Shown piece by piece: positions 18,275 through 28,217 of a DNA stretch of 64,000 bases (the first letter of the stretch is position 1; every line of letters begins with the position of its first letter). The position numbers were made by a program, and so were the translations under genes. The notes beneath the pieces were generated by a model. It had not been told where the DNA came from and searched no databases. It was given only the letters and a program-made list of their open reading frames with translations. The stretch is from the IMG/VR virus record IMGVR_UViG_3300025646_005470; one strand, 5' to 3'. Origin of the DNA: a virus.

Positions 18275-18305
18275 TTGACTAACTAAAAAAACCATGCTAT
18301 AAATA
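18275..18305 (+). promoter_or_regulatory. Composite promoter: sigma70 TTGACT-17-TATAAA overlapping late TATAAATA
   Basis: TTGACT at 18275-18280, TATAAATA at 18298-18305, ATG at 18311. Confidence 0.7.
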
Positions 18306-18310
18306 CTAGT

Positions 18311-18733
18311 ATGTATGACGCAGTAGGAGCCACATTTTTATCACAAGATACAAAAAAGTTTTGTCTTAATAAAAGATCAAAAAGCGTAAGCAATTCTGGT
18401 ACTTGGAGTTTTTGGGGTGGTAAAGTTGAATCTGGTGAAACTGTCATTGGTGCGTTAAAAAGAGAAATCAAAGAAGAAATTGGATTTGTTCCTAAAATAG
18501 TAAAAATACATCCTTTAGATATCTATCAAAGTAATGATGGTCATTTTATGTATCATACATTTGTTATCATAACACCAACTGAATTTGAACCAAATATGAA
18601 CCATGAATCACAAGATTATAGTTGGTCGAAACTAGCAAATCTTCCTAGACCTTTACACCAAGGTGCACGTAAAACTTTACTAGATAAAAACAATGTTAAA
18701 AAGTTAAAACTGATAGTAAATAGTATTGACTAA
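18311..18733 (+). CDS. NUDIX hydrolase
   Basis: Canonical Nudix box GGKVESGETVIGALKREIKEEIG. Confidence 0.92.
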   Translation: MYDAVGATFLSQDTKKFCLNKRSKSVSNSGTWSFWGGKVESGETVIGALKREIKEEIGFVPKIVKIHPLDIYQSNDGHFMYHTFVIITPTEFEPNMNHESQDYSWSKLANLPRPLHQGARKTLLDKNNVKKLKLIVNSID

Positions 18734-18761
18734 CAATACAATAAACTAAAGGATATAAACA

Positions 18762-19430
18762 TTGTCACGCATAATAAACTTTAATCAGGCTAGAATAGCA
18801 CACACTTTTGAAAAATTTGCAAAAGACAGTGTTATTACAGATAATATTCTTGAAAACATAGTTCCAAATTTTCATTTTCAAAGCGACATAGATGATGTTT
18901 TAAACGAATATACAGATCGTGATCGTAAACGTTACTTTAAAATTTTACAAGATATGAAAAATGCTGTAAAACAAATGACCAGCGAAGACAACATGAGTAT
19001 ACGTTTTCAATTAGAAGATGAGTATTTTGAACTACTACAAAAATTAGAAACTAATAACATAAAATATAAGATACCGTCTATACTAATAAAATATAGAAAA
19101 GATATAAATCCTATTAGAGCATTAAAATTTGAACTAGAAGAAATTATGGCTATGCCTGAATCAGATGATGACTATCATATATGGTTAATTAGACAATATA
19201 AAAATGAAGAAAAAATTAATAACATTATAAAAGATATTAATGCTGATTTAAGAAGTATTGTAAAAATGCAAGAAAAATACAAAGACGCTAAAAAAGAATA
19301 TCCTTATTTTGTATTACCAATGAGTTATTATCACTGTATTGAAATTGAAACTGATATGAAAAGTTGGATTAAAACTCTAAAAGAATTTTTAATTTGGACT
19401 CAAGATTCTATCAACAAAAGATATCTTTAA
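18762..19430 (+). CDS. Hypothetical protein (222 aa, helical)
   Basis: Intact ORF with TTG start and AGGA SD. Confidence 0.7.
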   Translation: MSRIINFNQARIAHTFEKFAKDSVITDNILENIVPNFHFQSDIDDVLNEYTDRDRKRYFKILQDMKNAVKQMTSEDNMSIRFQLEDEYFELLQKLETNNIKYKIPSILIKYRKDINPIRALKFELEEIMAMPESDDDYHIWLIRQYKNEEKINNIIKDINADLRSIVKMQEKYKDAKKEYPYFVLPMSYYHCIEIETDMKSWIKTLKEFLIWTQDSINKRYL

Positions 19431-21742
19431 ACAACAATGTTAACCAACTTAATGCCTGTGTTACTGTTATCTTCTAAAGATTTACCAATCACACAATAAC
19501 CTGCCGGTGCTGGACTATCATCTGTTAGTGTTGTAGCAGTACCTGGTGTTACATTAGTTACAAGTAGATCGCCTTTTTTAACAGGACCTTCTACTTTACA
19601 AGGAACTTTACCACGAAGTGCAACTGCTACACCATCTGCATCTTTGTTCATTAGGTAGGCTGGTGCTGTTGATACTACACCTGCTACTCTGTGATCTAAT
19701 AATCTATTACACTGTGTAACTTCATGATCTCCACCAAACACAACAACTGTACCAGGTTCATAGTCTGCATCTGATTTATAAATCTCTGCCAAGTCAGCAT
19801 ACTGTGCCTGAGTTGCTGTTAGGTATGCAGTGGCCGCCTGTATGTCTGCATTTGCTGTAGCAACAATATTTACATCTGCCGCAGTGTTTGTTGTTGTTGC
19901 CGCTACCCATCTATCATCTGTTTCATCCCAATACCATGCGGCATTGTTTTCAGCAGTACCACGTTGTACCATAACACCACCATCATTGGTGTTGTTTGCT
20001 GGTTGTGTGCTGTGTTTGTTCAGCAACATTATAGCATCTTCAACTTCAACGTTGGTTACTTCAAGTGTTGTTGCTGTACCTGTAACTGTTAAGTTACCAA
20101 GTATTTGTACAACGCCTGTACCTTGTGGATCTAATACAATATTGTTAGCACCTGTTGAAATAATTGAATGTGTTTGTACATCTAAATCCCCGCCAAGTTG
20201 TGGTGTTGTATCATCAACAACTTCTGTGATAACATCTATACCTGCTGTCCAAATAAAAGATGATGTACCATGATCGTATTGTAATAGTTTTCCATCTTCT
20301 GAAGCACCTACTGACGAAACACTACCTAAATCTGTCAATGTCATTGTAGCCGCTACTGCCTGTGGAGTAGCACCAACCCAATTTGATCCATTATATCTTA
20401 ACAAGTTGTTGGTTGCTGATGTTAATACTGGATTCATTGTAGGTGTTTGATTTATCCAAGTAGTGGTACTGTTTGCATATAGTATTTGTCCTGTTTGTTG
20501 TGATGTAATAGTTACATATTGTAAGTCATTAAGTTCGTCAGGTGTATCAATTTTAAATTCTGTTGCGGTAAAATTTATATCACTTAATTCATATGCATTT
20601 GCGGCACCTGAATTAAATTGAACTGCAATTTTATATGCTACTGATGTTACTGATGGACTAGATCCTGTTAAATCATCTAAATGTGTAAACCCTAGAGGAA
20701 AACCTTGGGTCATTGTATTGTACTCAACAACTGGTGTTGCTGGCCATACACCACTACCATTAATTGATCTAAATAAACCAATTTTAGAACCACCTGCTGT
20801 TTCTGTATCAATATTAGATGCATATGAAATTTCAACTTTTCCATTTGTTGTAATAGTAAAACTAGAAATTATTGCTACATCAGTCCAACTTGTTGCTAGA
20901 CCAGTTAAGTTAACACTAGTTGTTGACGATTTTTGTGTGTTAACTACTCCAAGTGCTGGTGACTGTGCTACAAAATTTGCACCATTATACATTAAAATTT
21001 GTCCGGTTGCTGGAGCAACACTTGTAATGTCAACATCATTTAATGCGTCTACTGATGTTGTGGCAATTCTTGCATCAATGTCTGTGTTAGCTCTTGCAGT
21101 TGTATAGTATAAGTTTGTTCCTTCACTTAAATTGGTTGTTGATTTAGTTGCTAATCTTAAATCAAATCTTGTGTCTGTGTAGTATAGATTTGTGCCTTCT
21201 GTTAAATTTGTTGTTGTCTTGCCTGAAAATGCTGTGTCAAATCTACCTGTTGTATAATATAAATTTGTGCCTTCTGCTAAATTAGTTGTTGATTTAGTTG
21301 CTAATCTTGTGTCAAATCTACCATCTGTGTAGTATAAGTTAGTGCCTTCTGCCACATCATCTGTTGTTAGTGTGTCAAATTCAACTCCTGTTTCACCTGA
21401 ATTTACTTTTAGATATCGTCCTGCTGTGCCCGTGTAACTTGCTGGAGTGTCTGATAAATTTGTCAAACTTGTACTAATAGCGCCGGCATTAACAATATTA
21501 GCACCACCAAAATCCCAGCCACTACTACTAGTGTTATAGCCAAATGTAGCAATAATTGATCCACTTGATTCAACTTCAATACCAGATAATTGAGTACCTG
21601 TTAGGGTACCGTCTTTATTAAGAGTAATTAGTCGATCTTTTACTGTTAAATCGTCTGTATTGGTTGTGATCTGTGATCCAGAAACCTGAAGATTTCCAGT
21701 AATAATTAAGTCGTTTGATCTAATAACTGTTTGATCTGCCAT
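19427..21742 (-). CDS. Fibre-like virion protein with ~25-aa tandem repeats
   Basis: Four (T)NLxEGTNLYYT repeats; T/S/G-rich; C-terminal AQYADLAEIY..D..YEPGTVVVFGG...GVVS...VAVALRGKVPCKV segment typical of marine-phage fibres. Confidence 0.8.
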   Translation of the reverse strand: MADQTVIRSNDLIITGNLQVSGSQITTNTDDLTVKDRLITLNKDGTLTGTQLSGIEVESSGSIIATFGYNTSSSGWDFGGANIVNAGAISTSLTNLSDTPASYTGTAGRYLKVNSGETGVEFDTLTTDDVAEGTNLYYTDGRFDTRLATKSTTNLAEGTNLYYTTGRFDTAFSGKTTTNLTEGTNLYYTDTRFDLRLATKSTTNLSEGTNLYYTTARANTDIDARIATTSVDALNDVDITSVAPATGQILMYNGANFVAQSPALGVVNTQKSSTTSVNLTGLATSWTDVAIISSFTITTNGKVEISYASNIDTETAGGSKIGLFRSINGSGVWPATPVVEYNTMTQGFPLGFTHLDDLTGSSPSVTSVAYKIAVQFNSGAANAYELSDINFTATEFKIDTPDELNDLQYVTITSQQTGQILYANSTTTWINQTPTMNPVLTSATNNLLRYNGSNWVGATPQAVAATMTLTDLGSVSSVGASEDGKLLQYDHGTSSFIWTAGIDVITEVVDDTTPQLGGDLDVQTHSIISTGANNIVLDPQGTGVVQILGNLTVTGTATTLEVTNVEVEDAIMLLNKHSTQPANNTNDGGVMVQRGTAENNAAWYWDETDDRWVAATTTNTAADVNIVATANADIQAATAYLTATQAQYADLAEIYKSDADYEPGTVVVFGGDHEVTQCNRLLDHRVAGVVSTAPAYLMNKDADGVAVALRGKVPCKVEGPVKKGDLLVTNVTPGTATTLTDDSPAPAGYCVIGKSLEDNSNTGIKLVNIVV
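21080..21372 (-). repeat. Four ~75-bp imperfect coding tandem repeats
   Basis: Recurrent units such as TAAATTAGTTGTTGATTTAGTTGCTAATCTT and GTATA..AAG/AAATTTGTGCCTTC encoding the 25-aa repeat. Confidence 0.85.
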
Positions 21743-21814
21743 GCTGTATTATGCTCCAATGTATATTACTTATTTAGCAGATTTGGCCAATTTATAATAT
21801 GTGTACAGTCAAGG

Positions 21815-21841
21815 GAAACCCCGGAATAAATCCGGGGTTTC
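21815..21841 (-). terminator. Strong hairpin downstream of the major capsid gene (terminator or stabiliser)
   Basis: 11-bp stem GAAACCCCGGA / TCCGGGGTTTC with a 5-nt loop; U-tract weak. Confidence 0.7.
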
Positions 21842-21858
21842 TATATTGATATCTAATA

Positions 21859-23028
21859 TTAGATAAATGTTGCGTTTGAAATAGCAATTTTTGATAGGTA
21901 GTCTGCTGAATTACCAAGTGATGATGCAGTGTTTGTTAACTCTACATAACCGTATCTTGTCATAAAGCTCACTACTGGTTCAAAAGTTGATGGATCCACA
22001 ATAACGCCTGATGACATTAATGGGATGTATGGGCAATAGAATGCCGCCGCATCAACTTCACCTGCACCTTTGTAACCAATAAGTACTGGTGAATCATCTA
22101 CTAAGTATGAGTTTACATATACTCTCATTGCACCGTTTAAAGTACCTACAAACTTAGTGTTTGTTGGAGCTTCAAAAGTACCTTCAGTTGTTCTTGCAAA
22201 CGCTGAAGTTGTAGCTGATTGTAAAATTGTCAAAGCCTGTGGAGAAACAACAGCCCAGTTAGCCGCGCCTCTTCTTGTTCTTTGAGCAATTAAGTTTGCT
22301 TCTCTGTTGATAGCAACTGCCAATGCCGCATGTTCGTCACCAACAAATGTTGCTGTACCTGATACAGATGATTGATTGTATGCTGTACCTGAACCTGCTA
22401 AGTTTGTTAATGAAGAAAGGATCTCTTGATCGATCTCAGCAGTAATTTCTTGTGCTAATGCCGCCATTACTTCTGCTTCTACATCTAAACCATGCATTGC
22501 TGATGCGTCTTGTGCCGCTTCAAATGTCCAACGTGCAGATAGCTTTCTTGTTTTAGCTTCTACAGTTTGTTTTAAAATTTGAATTGACATTTTGTTACCA
22601 GCTTCACCCTCTAAAGATGAAGTTGATGCACCTGCTACTGGTGATTGTGCACCAGAACCTGGATTTGCTGAGTAAGATCTTGCAATTTCAAAAGGTGAAA
22701 GTGCTTCAGTACCTGCTGTTACACCGTCTTTTGCATCTGAGTATCTAACTCTTAATGTGTGGATTTGACCTACTGGACCTGTCATTGGTTGTACACCAAC
22801 GATTTCGTTTGCAATTACTGTAGGCATCACACGTCTGATTATTGGAAGAATTACTTTGTTTAAAGCCGCTACGTTACCAGCACCTGTGGCACCAGTTGAA
22901 GCCGCTTCAGCCAAGTACTTCTTTGTATTCTCAAGGACAGCATCCATTGATTTTGCTTTAGTGCCTGAAAGGCCTTCCATCAATGCTGATTTTGTTTCTG
23001 TCCAGTTTTCGTTGATCATGTTTGTCAT
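21859..23028 (-). CDS. gp23: Major capsid protein
   Basis: IIRRVMP..IA.EIVGVQPMTGPVGQI..LR.RY, VEAKTRKL.ARWT.E.AQD..AMHGLD.E, EI.AEIDQEI, FYCPYIPL, F.P...FMTRYG. Confidence 0.98.
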   Translation of the reverse strand: MTNMINENWTETKSALMEGLSGTKAKSMDAVLENTKKYLAEAASTGATGAGNVAALNKVILPIIRRVMPTVIANEIVGVQPMTGPVGQIHTLRVRYSDAKDGVTAGTEALSPFEIARSYSANPGSGAQSPVAGASTSSLEGEAGNKMSIQILKQTVEAKTRKLSARWTFEAAQDASAMHGLDVEAEVMAALAQEITAEIDQEILSSLTNLAGSGTAYNQSSVSGTATFVGDEHAALAVAINREANLIAQRTRRGAANWAVVSPQALTILQSATTSAFARTTEGTFEAPTNTKFVGTLNGAMRVYVNSYLVDDSPVLIGYKGAGEVDAAAFYCPYIPLMSSGVIVDPSTFEPVVSFMTRYGYVELTNTASSLGNSADYLSKIAISNATFI

Positions 23029-23029
23029 T

Positions 23030-24136
23030 TTACTTAACTCCTAGACCTGCTAGTTTTCTAAGTTCAACAATGTCACCAATGTCTGAACTTTTTGTTTCAG
23101 CAGGTGCCTCTCTGTTACCAGTTACCTCTGTTACTGATTCAGTAACAATAGTTTTATTTGCATCTGCTCTCACAGATTCATTTAAAACTGCTGGTAAGTA
23201 TTTGTTAAACTGTTTTTTCAAATCGCTTGTTTGTACAGATTCAAGCAATTCGTTCATTACTCGACGCTTTTCTTTGGATAAATTTGCAGTTAACTCTGTA
23301 AGAGCTTTTTCACGTACATTTTTATCTTCAGCAATTCTTAATTTAGTTTGAACTGCTTCAATTTCTGCGTCTTTTTCTTTTAGTTTAGATTCTGCTTCAA
23401 CAGTAGTTGATTTTACAGTTTCTAATTCTTTTTGAAGTTTTCTAACCTCTGTACCCTCGGCTAGATGAGAAGACATATACTCGCCTGCGAATGCTTCAAA
23501 TACTTTTCTACCAAAGTTGTTTTCTTTAGCAACTTTAATGTCATCTTTAAGTTGTGATAATTCGCTTCTCAAACTCTTCTCAACAGTGTTTTCAACAACC
23601 TGTGCCGCTTTAGAAACAAAACGTTGTTTCGCTTCAGCAATCATTTTCTTGCCTTCTGCTACTAATTTAACTTTTTGTTCTACAACTGCTTTTTTGTCGT
23701 TTTCAAACTCTGTTATCTCTTTTGCTAATTGTTTAACAACAAAGTTTTCCAATTTTGCAAAATTGTTTTTCAAGTCTGTTCTATCAGCGTGTAGTTCTTT
23801 TACTTCTTTAGCTAATTGCTCAGCAACAAATTTGTCTACTAGACCAACATGTTTTTGAATGTTAGTTTTGTAAGCAACTGTTTGCTCAGCCAATGCCGCT
23901 CTGTCAGCCTTCAGCTCTTCAATTTCAGCTGTAATTCTGTCAGTTAGCATTTTGTCCATAGCTTCAACTATTTGCCCTTTGTCATTTTCATAACGTTGAG
24001 CAAATTCATCGCGAAGTTCAGCAGTGATCTCTTCTCTGGCTTCATCTAACTTAGATTTCCACGTTTCTTGAATCTGAGTTCTCAATTCTTCTGAAATGTT
24101 ATCTGACTCAAGTATTCCGTTAAAAATATCTGCCAT
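23030..24136 (-). CDS. gp22: Prohead core scaffolding protein
   Basis: Long E/K-rich coiled coil between protease and capsid genes. Confidence 0.85.
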   Translation of the reverse strand: MADIFNGILESDNISEELRTQIQETWKSKLDEAREEITAELRDEFAQRYENDKGQIVEAMDKMLTDRITAEIEELKADRAALAEQTVAYKTNIQKHVGLVDKFVAEQLAKEVKELHADRTDLKNNFAKLENFVVKQLAKEITEFENDKKAVVEQKVKLVAEGKKMIAEAKQRFVSKAAQVVENTVEKSLRSELSQLKDDIKVAKENNFGRKVFEAFAGEYMSSHLAEGTEVRKLQKELETVKSTTVEAESKLKEKDAEIEAVQTKLRIAEDKNVREKALTELTANLSKEKRRVMNELLESVQTSDLKKQFNKYLPAVLNESVRADANKTIVTESVTEVTGNREAPAETKSSDIGDIVELRKLAGLGVK

Positions 24137-24148
24137 GAGTAGTTCTCC

Positions 24149-24778
24149 TTATAACTTCAACTCTTTTATTAATTTAACTATCTCATCTCTAAGATAGTTT
24201 TCTGCTTTGCGATCATACATAGCATCTGCGCCTATACCATATAAACGTCTTCCACCACGCATGTTCATCAAACCTTCGTATATTGCTTTTGGATAAGCAT
24301 CTGGGGCCGATGGTTGTGCAACAATATCTACTGTAACAATTTCAAAATCAGACACTTTGCCTGACTCATTCACGTTACCAGTACCTCTTGATGACACACC
24401 CAATTTTGCTCCACTTTCCAAAAGGGTTTTTACAATGTTTCCCATTGGGGTTGGTAAAATTTTAAGTTTACCAATTCCGTTTGGACCGTCCATCCACATT
24501 GATTCAATCATGTGTGACACACGATCTAAATTCACTGTTAATTCTTCAGGGTGATCTGCTTCACCTAGCACAGAATAACCACCTTTCAAACGTTCGTCCA
24601 CTGAAGTCACCGCTTTTTCGATTTCTTCAAGTGGATAAACACGTTGATTTTGATTCTTTACTCCGCCTTGGATGAATACACCTTTCATGAATAAGTTTTT
24701 CTTTCCCTCTTCACCTTCATGTAATACTTGCATGCCGGCTTGATCAAAAGTTAAACTTTCTAAAAGTGGTTTTATCAT
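24149..24778 (-). CDS. gp21: Prohead maturation protease
   Basis: GVFIQGGVKNQNQRVYP, LGEADHP, VSH, GVSSRGTG, DIVAQPSAPDA. Confidence 0.96.
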   Translation of the reverse strand: MIKPLLESLTFDQAGMQVLHEGEEGKKNLFMKGVFIQGGVKNQNQRVYPLEEIEKAVTSVDERLKGGYSVLGEADHPEELTVNLDRVSHMIESMWMDGPNGIGKLKILPTPMGNIVKTLLESGAKLGVSSRGTGNVNESGKVSDFEIVTVDIVAQPSAPDAYPKAIYEGLMNMRGGRRLYGIGADAMYDRKAENYLRDEIVKLIKELKL

Positions 24779-24802
24779 CTTGACGATCTCCTATAAATCA
24801 AA

Positions 24803-25699
24803 TTATGCTTTAGCCTTTGGAGCAGGTGATAATTTAGCCGCGCCTTGTTTAGGACTATCTGGATTGTCCTTCACTGCTGGTGCCTTACCGCCTTTTTCCT
24901 CACCGCCTTGAGCAATGTTTGATGTTGAACCACCCATATCGTTTTTACCCGCTACTGGTGATTTTGAATTAGCACCGTTGTCTCCACCTTTTGGAGTTGC
25001 AACAGCTTTTAATTCAGTTGCTTCTTCAAGCTCTTCGCTTTCATCTGAATCAGATGCATCTTCAAGTGCAACTTCGTCAGCAACTTCAACAGTTTCTTCT
25101 GCTGGCATTTCCATAGATGGCATTTCTGCTTCTAGGTCGTCAGCGGCTTCTTCGTTGTCGTCACCTTCTTCGTCGTCTTTGTCGCCCATCATTTTTTCAA
25201 ATTCAGCTTTAAGATCTTCTAAAGCATCTTCTAGATCGTCAACTCTGTCTTCAACTTCCTCATGATCATGGTCATCAGCTTCGCCATCTTCATCACCATC
25301 ATCTTCGTTAGTTTCTTCATGCTCAATTTCTTCAGCATGAGCGTCTGCTTCGTCTTTGACAGCAGTAGTTAAATCTTCTTCTTGATCGCCTAAACCGCCA
25401 ACTTTTTCTTCAACGGTTTCATCACCTGACTCGTCAGTTGCTTCTTCAACAGCTTCCTCATCTGATTCTTCTGCTTCTTCAACTGCTTCTTCAGTTGATT
25501 CTTCTGATTCATCTACAGTATCTGTATCTTCTTCAGTTAAATCTTCTTCAATTTCGTCAGTTTGACTTTCGATCAACTCTTCATGTATTTTTCTAGCCTT
25601 TTCAACAATTACATCATGTAAAAGCTCTTGAGCTTTTTCTGATTCATTGTTAACTAGATATTCTAGAACTTGTTCTAGTTTAGACTTTGTAGTAGACAT
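24803..25699 (-). CDS. Highly acidic prohead core-like protein
   Basis: Extreme D/E content, upstream of gp21. Start moved to MSTTKS (25699), which follows a GGAG SD. Confidence 0.75.
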   Translation of the reverse strand: MSTTKSKLEQVLEYLVNNESEKAQELLHDVIVEKARKIHEELIESQTDEIEEDLTEEDTDTVDESEESTEEAVEEAEESDEEAVEEATDESGDETVEEKVGGLGDQEEDLTTAVKDEADAHAEEIEHEETNEDDGDEDGEADDHDHEEVEDRVDDLEDALEDLKAEFEKMMGDKDDEEGDDNEEAADDLEAEMPSMEMPAEETVEVADEVALEDASDSDESEELEEATELKAVATPKGGDNGANSKSPVAGKNDMGGSTSNIAQGGEEKGGKAPAVKDNPDSPKQGAAKLSPAPKAKA

Positions 25700-25842
25700 A
25701 ATGTTAATCTCCATAATATTACTAGTAATATCGCATAGAGCTCTATAGAAAGCTCTAACGTATGTATTATTTACTTATTTATAGAAAAATTAGTGGAAAA
25801 GGCGCCTATTTTGACTCGTTTTGTAATAATAATGTAATATTA

Positions 25843-26043
25843 TTATACAGCAGGCGGTTGTGCGTACATCGTAGCCACAAATTCACGGTTTTTTTCTTGA
25901 TCTGCTTTACGCATTTCACGTACTTTACGCAATTTGTTAAGGTGTTTTAGTGTAAGACGTGTTTTGCGACTATCATCAATATGAGCCATATGATAGTGAT
26001 CATGCTCTGGAAAATAGTTTTCTTTTAGTTCACTGTAACGCAT
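25843..26043 (-). CDS. Small basic head-module protein (66 aa)
   Basis: Intact ORF between portal and core genes; TAAATA 5 nt before the ATG. Confidence 0.75.
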   Translation of the reverse strand: MRYSELKENYFPEHDHYHMAHIDDSRKTRLTLKHLNKLRKVREMRKADQEKNREFVATMYAQPPAV

Positions 26044-26051
26044 GTTTGTAT

Positions 26052-26402
26052 TTACCTTTTTCCTCTACGAGCTTTAATTGCCAAGTTTGCACGTTTTACA
26101 CGTTGTGATGCTTGACTGAACTTTTTAGTATATGTTGATCTTTTACCGTGAATTGAACCTTTTGCTCTACGTGTGCTTTTCATTTTGGTACTTTGTCTAA
26201 TATTTAAAGGCTTGTTACAAGTGCTTGGATTAGCAACAATACGTCCTTTTCTTGGTCCAGTAGGACATCTAAAACGCTGTGTTGTTATAGTTCCTTTACC
26301 TTTGGTTTTTGATCTGGCTGTACGACCAAATATCTGTCTTGCACCTTCAGTAATAGGTTCAAAACAATATAAATCTGTTGTGCTAATTTCGTAAATTTTC
26401 AT
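26052..26402 (-). CDS. Very basic protein (116 aa), possibly prohead core or DNA-binding
   Basis: K/R-rich ORF directly after the portal; SD present. Confidence 0.7.
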   Translation of the reverse strand: MKIYEISTTDLYCFEPITEGARQIFGRTARSKTKGKGTITTQRFRCPTGPRKGRIVANPSTCNKPLNIRQSTKMKSTRRAKGSIHGKRSTYTKKFSQASQRVKRANLAIKARRGKR

Positions 26403-26424
26403 AACAATACCTTTGTTATGTTAT

Positions 26425-28134
26425 TTATGTCGCTGGAGTATCTGTGTCTGGAGTTAATGGTGATTCAGCACCGGCATCTGCGGCATCACCTGCTGGCTCA
26501 TCTGTAGGACCTTCTAGATCAGAAGCTGGCATTGGAGCCGCGCCTACATCTGATAATCCTGCACCTCCGGCTACATCATCACCTTGTGCTGGTGGTTGTG
26601 TACTATTAGCATTTTCTTCTGCCCATAGTTTTTCATTTCGATAAATTTCACCTTCATCAAGTCCAAGATAACGTGACATAGCAAAACGTTTTGAAATAAA
26701 TGGAATCTGTTGTAGTTGTGTAAAGATACTAACCTGTTGATTGTCGATTTCAATTTGTCTGTATTTGCCAAAGTTTTGTGGCTCATTAAATTGTATTTCA
26801 AATGAACCAGAATCAATTTCAATACCTCTGTGCTTTAAGAACATTTTGAATTCTTTGTCAAGTGTAGGCATAACCATTGACTGTAAACGTTGACAAAATT
26901 TTGTAAAACGGAATTCTTGAATATATGCTGTACCAACTCTACCATCAGTGAATGCTGAACCTGGATCATCTGGTGTTGATGGCAAATAACTTGATGGAAT
27001 TCTTAAACCTTTCATTAGCTTATTATTAAAGTATTTTAAGTCATCAATTTCACCTAGGTTTTGACCACCTGGTAGTGTTTCAACTTTAGAACCTCTACCT
27101 TCAGCCGTTTGTGCAAAGAAATAATCTTCAATCTGTGATAATGGATTGTAAGCGGCATCCATAATGTTTGCTCCACCGCCTGTTTTGTTTGGAATACGTT
27201 TTTGATGAATTTCATTTTTAACACGTTCAATAAATGCCATCGCTTTATTGGTTGGCATGTTACCTACGTCAATGTAAAACACTCTACGTTCTGGTGCTCT
27301 TTGAACTCTATAAATGATAATTGCATCTTCTAGTAATTCTTTTTGTTTGTACACTTTGAATATTGCTTCTAACACCGAAGTACCAAAAGGCCAAAATCTA
27401 TCCATGCCTTCTGATAATGAAATGTGTGCAATGTGTGAAGCATCAACAGGTGTTGTCATCACTTCTAAATTAAATCTACCTGCTTGTGAACTTGTTGTTG
27501 CTGTGGTAATACCTCTGTATTTTGCATCAGTGGCAAAAGGCATGTTACCGCTTTGGTATGCTGTTGGAGCCGTGTATTGGTATTGACTCATTGTGGTTAA
27601 ATTTAAATTTTGTAAATTTAAATCCAAGTCTCTGATAAAATATGCTTCTGGCTTTTTACCTTTGCCTTCGTTAACAACAATCTTTTCAATCTTTGCATGA
27701 TCAACCCATAACAACTTGTAGGTTTCTGGATCTCTAACAAATACCTGATCACCATACTTGATTACATTTCTAAAAAGTTTAAAACATCTCTTGTCCCAAT
27801 CATTAACATTGGACCATTGTTTGATTGCTTGATCTAAAATTTCTGTTTCTGTATCAGTTGGTTTGTCTTTGTAAAAAATTCTAAACGGAACACCTGTCTT
27901 TGGATCGTTTTGAGTTGAAAATTCTGCAATGGTATCAAGTGCCGCGTTTATCTCTGTGTCAAGATCCATTTGATCATATTGATAATAACGCTCAATACGA
28001 TTTGGCTGACCTGCATATACTTCTGGTAACCATGAGCTGTATTTTGATTGTGATGATTGTCCGTATGAACTGCCCACAGGACTTTGCTGTCCTAGTTTAG
28101 TTTCATATGTAGTAAAGTGTTTTTTCCAACTCAT
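26425..28134 (-). CDS. gp20: Portal protein
   Basis: LEDAIIIYRVQRAPERRVFYIDVGNMP, EDYFFAQ.AEGRGSKVETLPGGQNLGEIDDLKYF..KL..GLRIP.S.L. Confidence 0.97.
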   Translation of the reverse strand: MSWKKHFTTYETKLGQQSPVGSSYGQSSQSKYSSWLPEVYAGQPNRIERYYQYDQMDLDTEINAALDTIAEFSTQNDPKTGVPFRIFYKDKPTDTETEILDQAIKQWSNVNDWDKRCFKLFRNVIKYGDQVFVRDPETYKLLWVDHAKIEKIVVNEGKGKKPEAYFIRDLDLNLQNLNLTTMSQYQYTAPTAYQSGNMPFATDAKYRGITTATTSSQAGRFNLEVMTTPVDASHIAHISLSEGMDRFWPFGTSVLEAIFKVYKQKELLEDAIIIYRVQRAPERRVFYIDVGNMPTNKAMAFIERVKNEIHQKRIPNKTGGGANIMDAAYNPLSQIEDYFFAQTAEGRGSKVETLPGGQNLGEIDDLKYFNNKLMKGLRIPSSYLPSTPDDPGSAFTDGRVGTAYIQEFRFTKFCQRLQSMVMPTLDKEFKMFLKHRGIEIDSGSFEIQFNEPQNFGKYRQIEIDNQQVSIFTQLQQIPFISKRFAMSRYLGLDEGEIYRNEKLWAEENANSTQPPAQGDDVAGGAGLSDVGAAPMPASDLEGPTDEPAGDAADAGAESPLTPDTDTPAT

Positions 28135-28217
28135 TGTGTGTACGTACCTTTATATGCTAGTATTTATGTAATTATATAGTATTTTAAATTTTAATGCAAC
28201 CACTATGTTTTGGCCTA

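Noticed and set aside
21080-21372. Regularly spaced repeats suggesting a CRISPR array or DGR template
   Set aside because: The repeats are in-frame, degenerate at third positions and lack unique spacers. No cas or reverse transcriptase gene is in the window.
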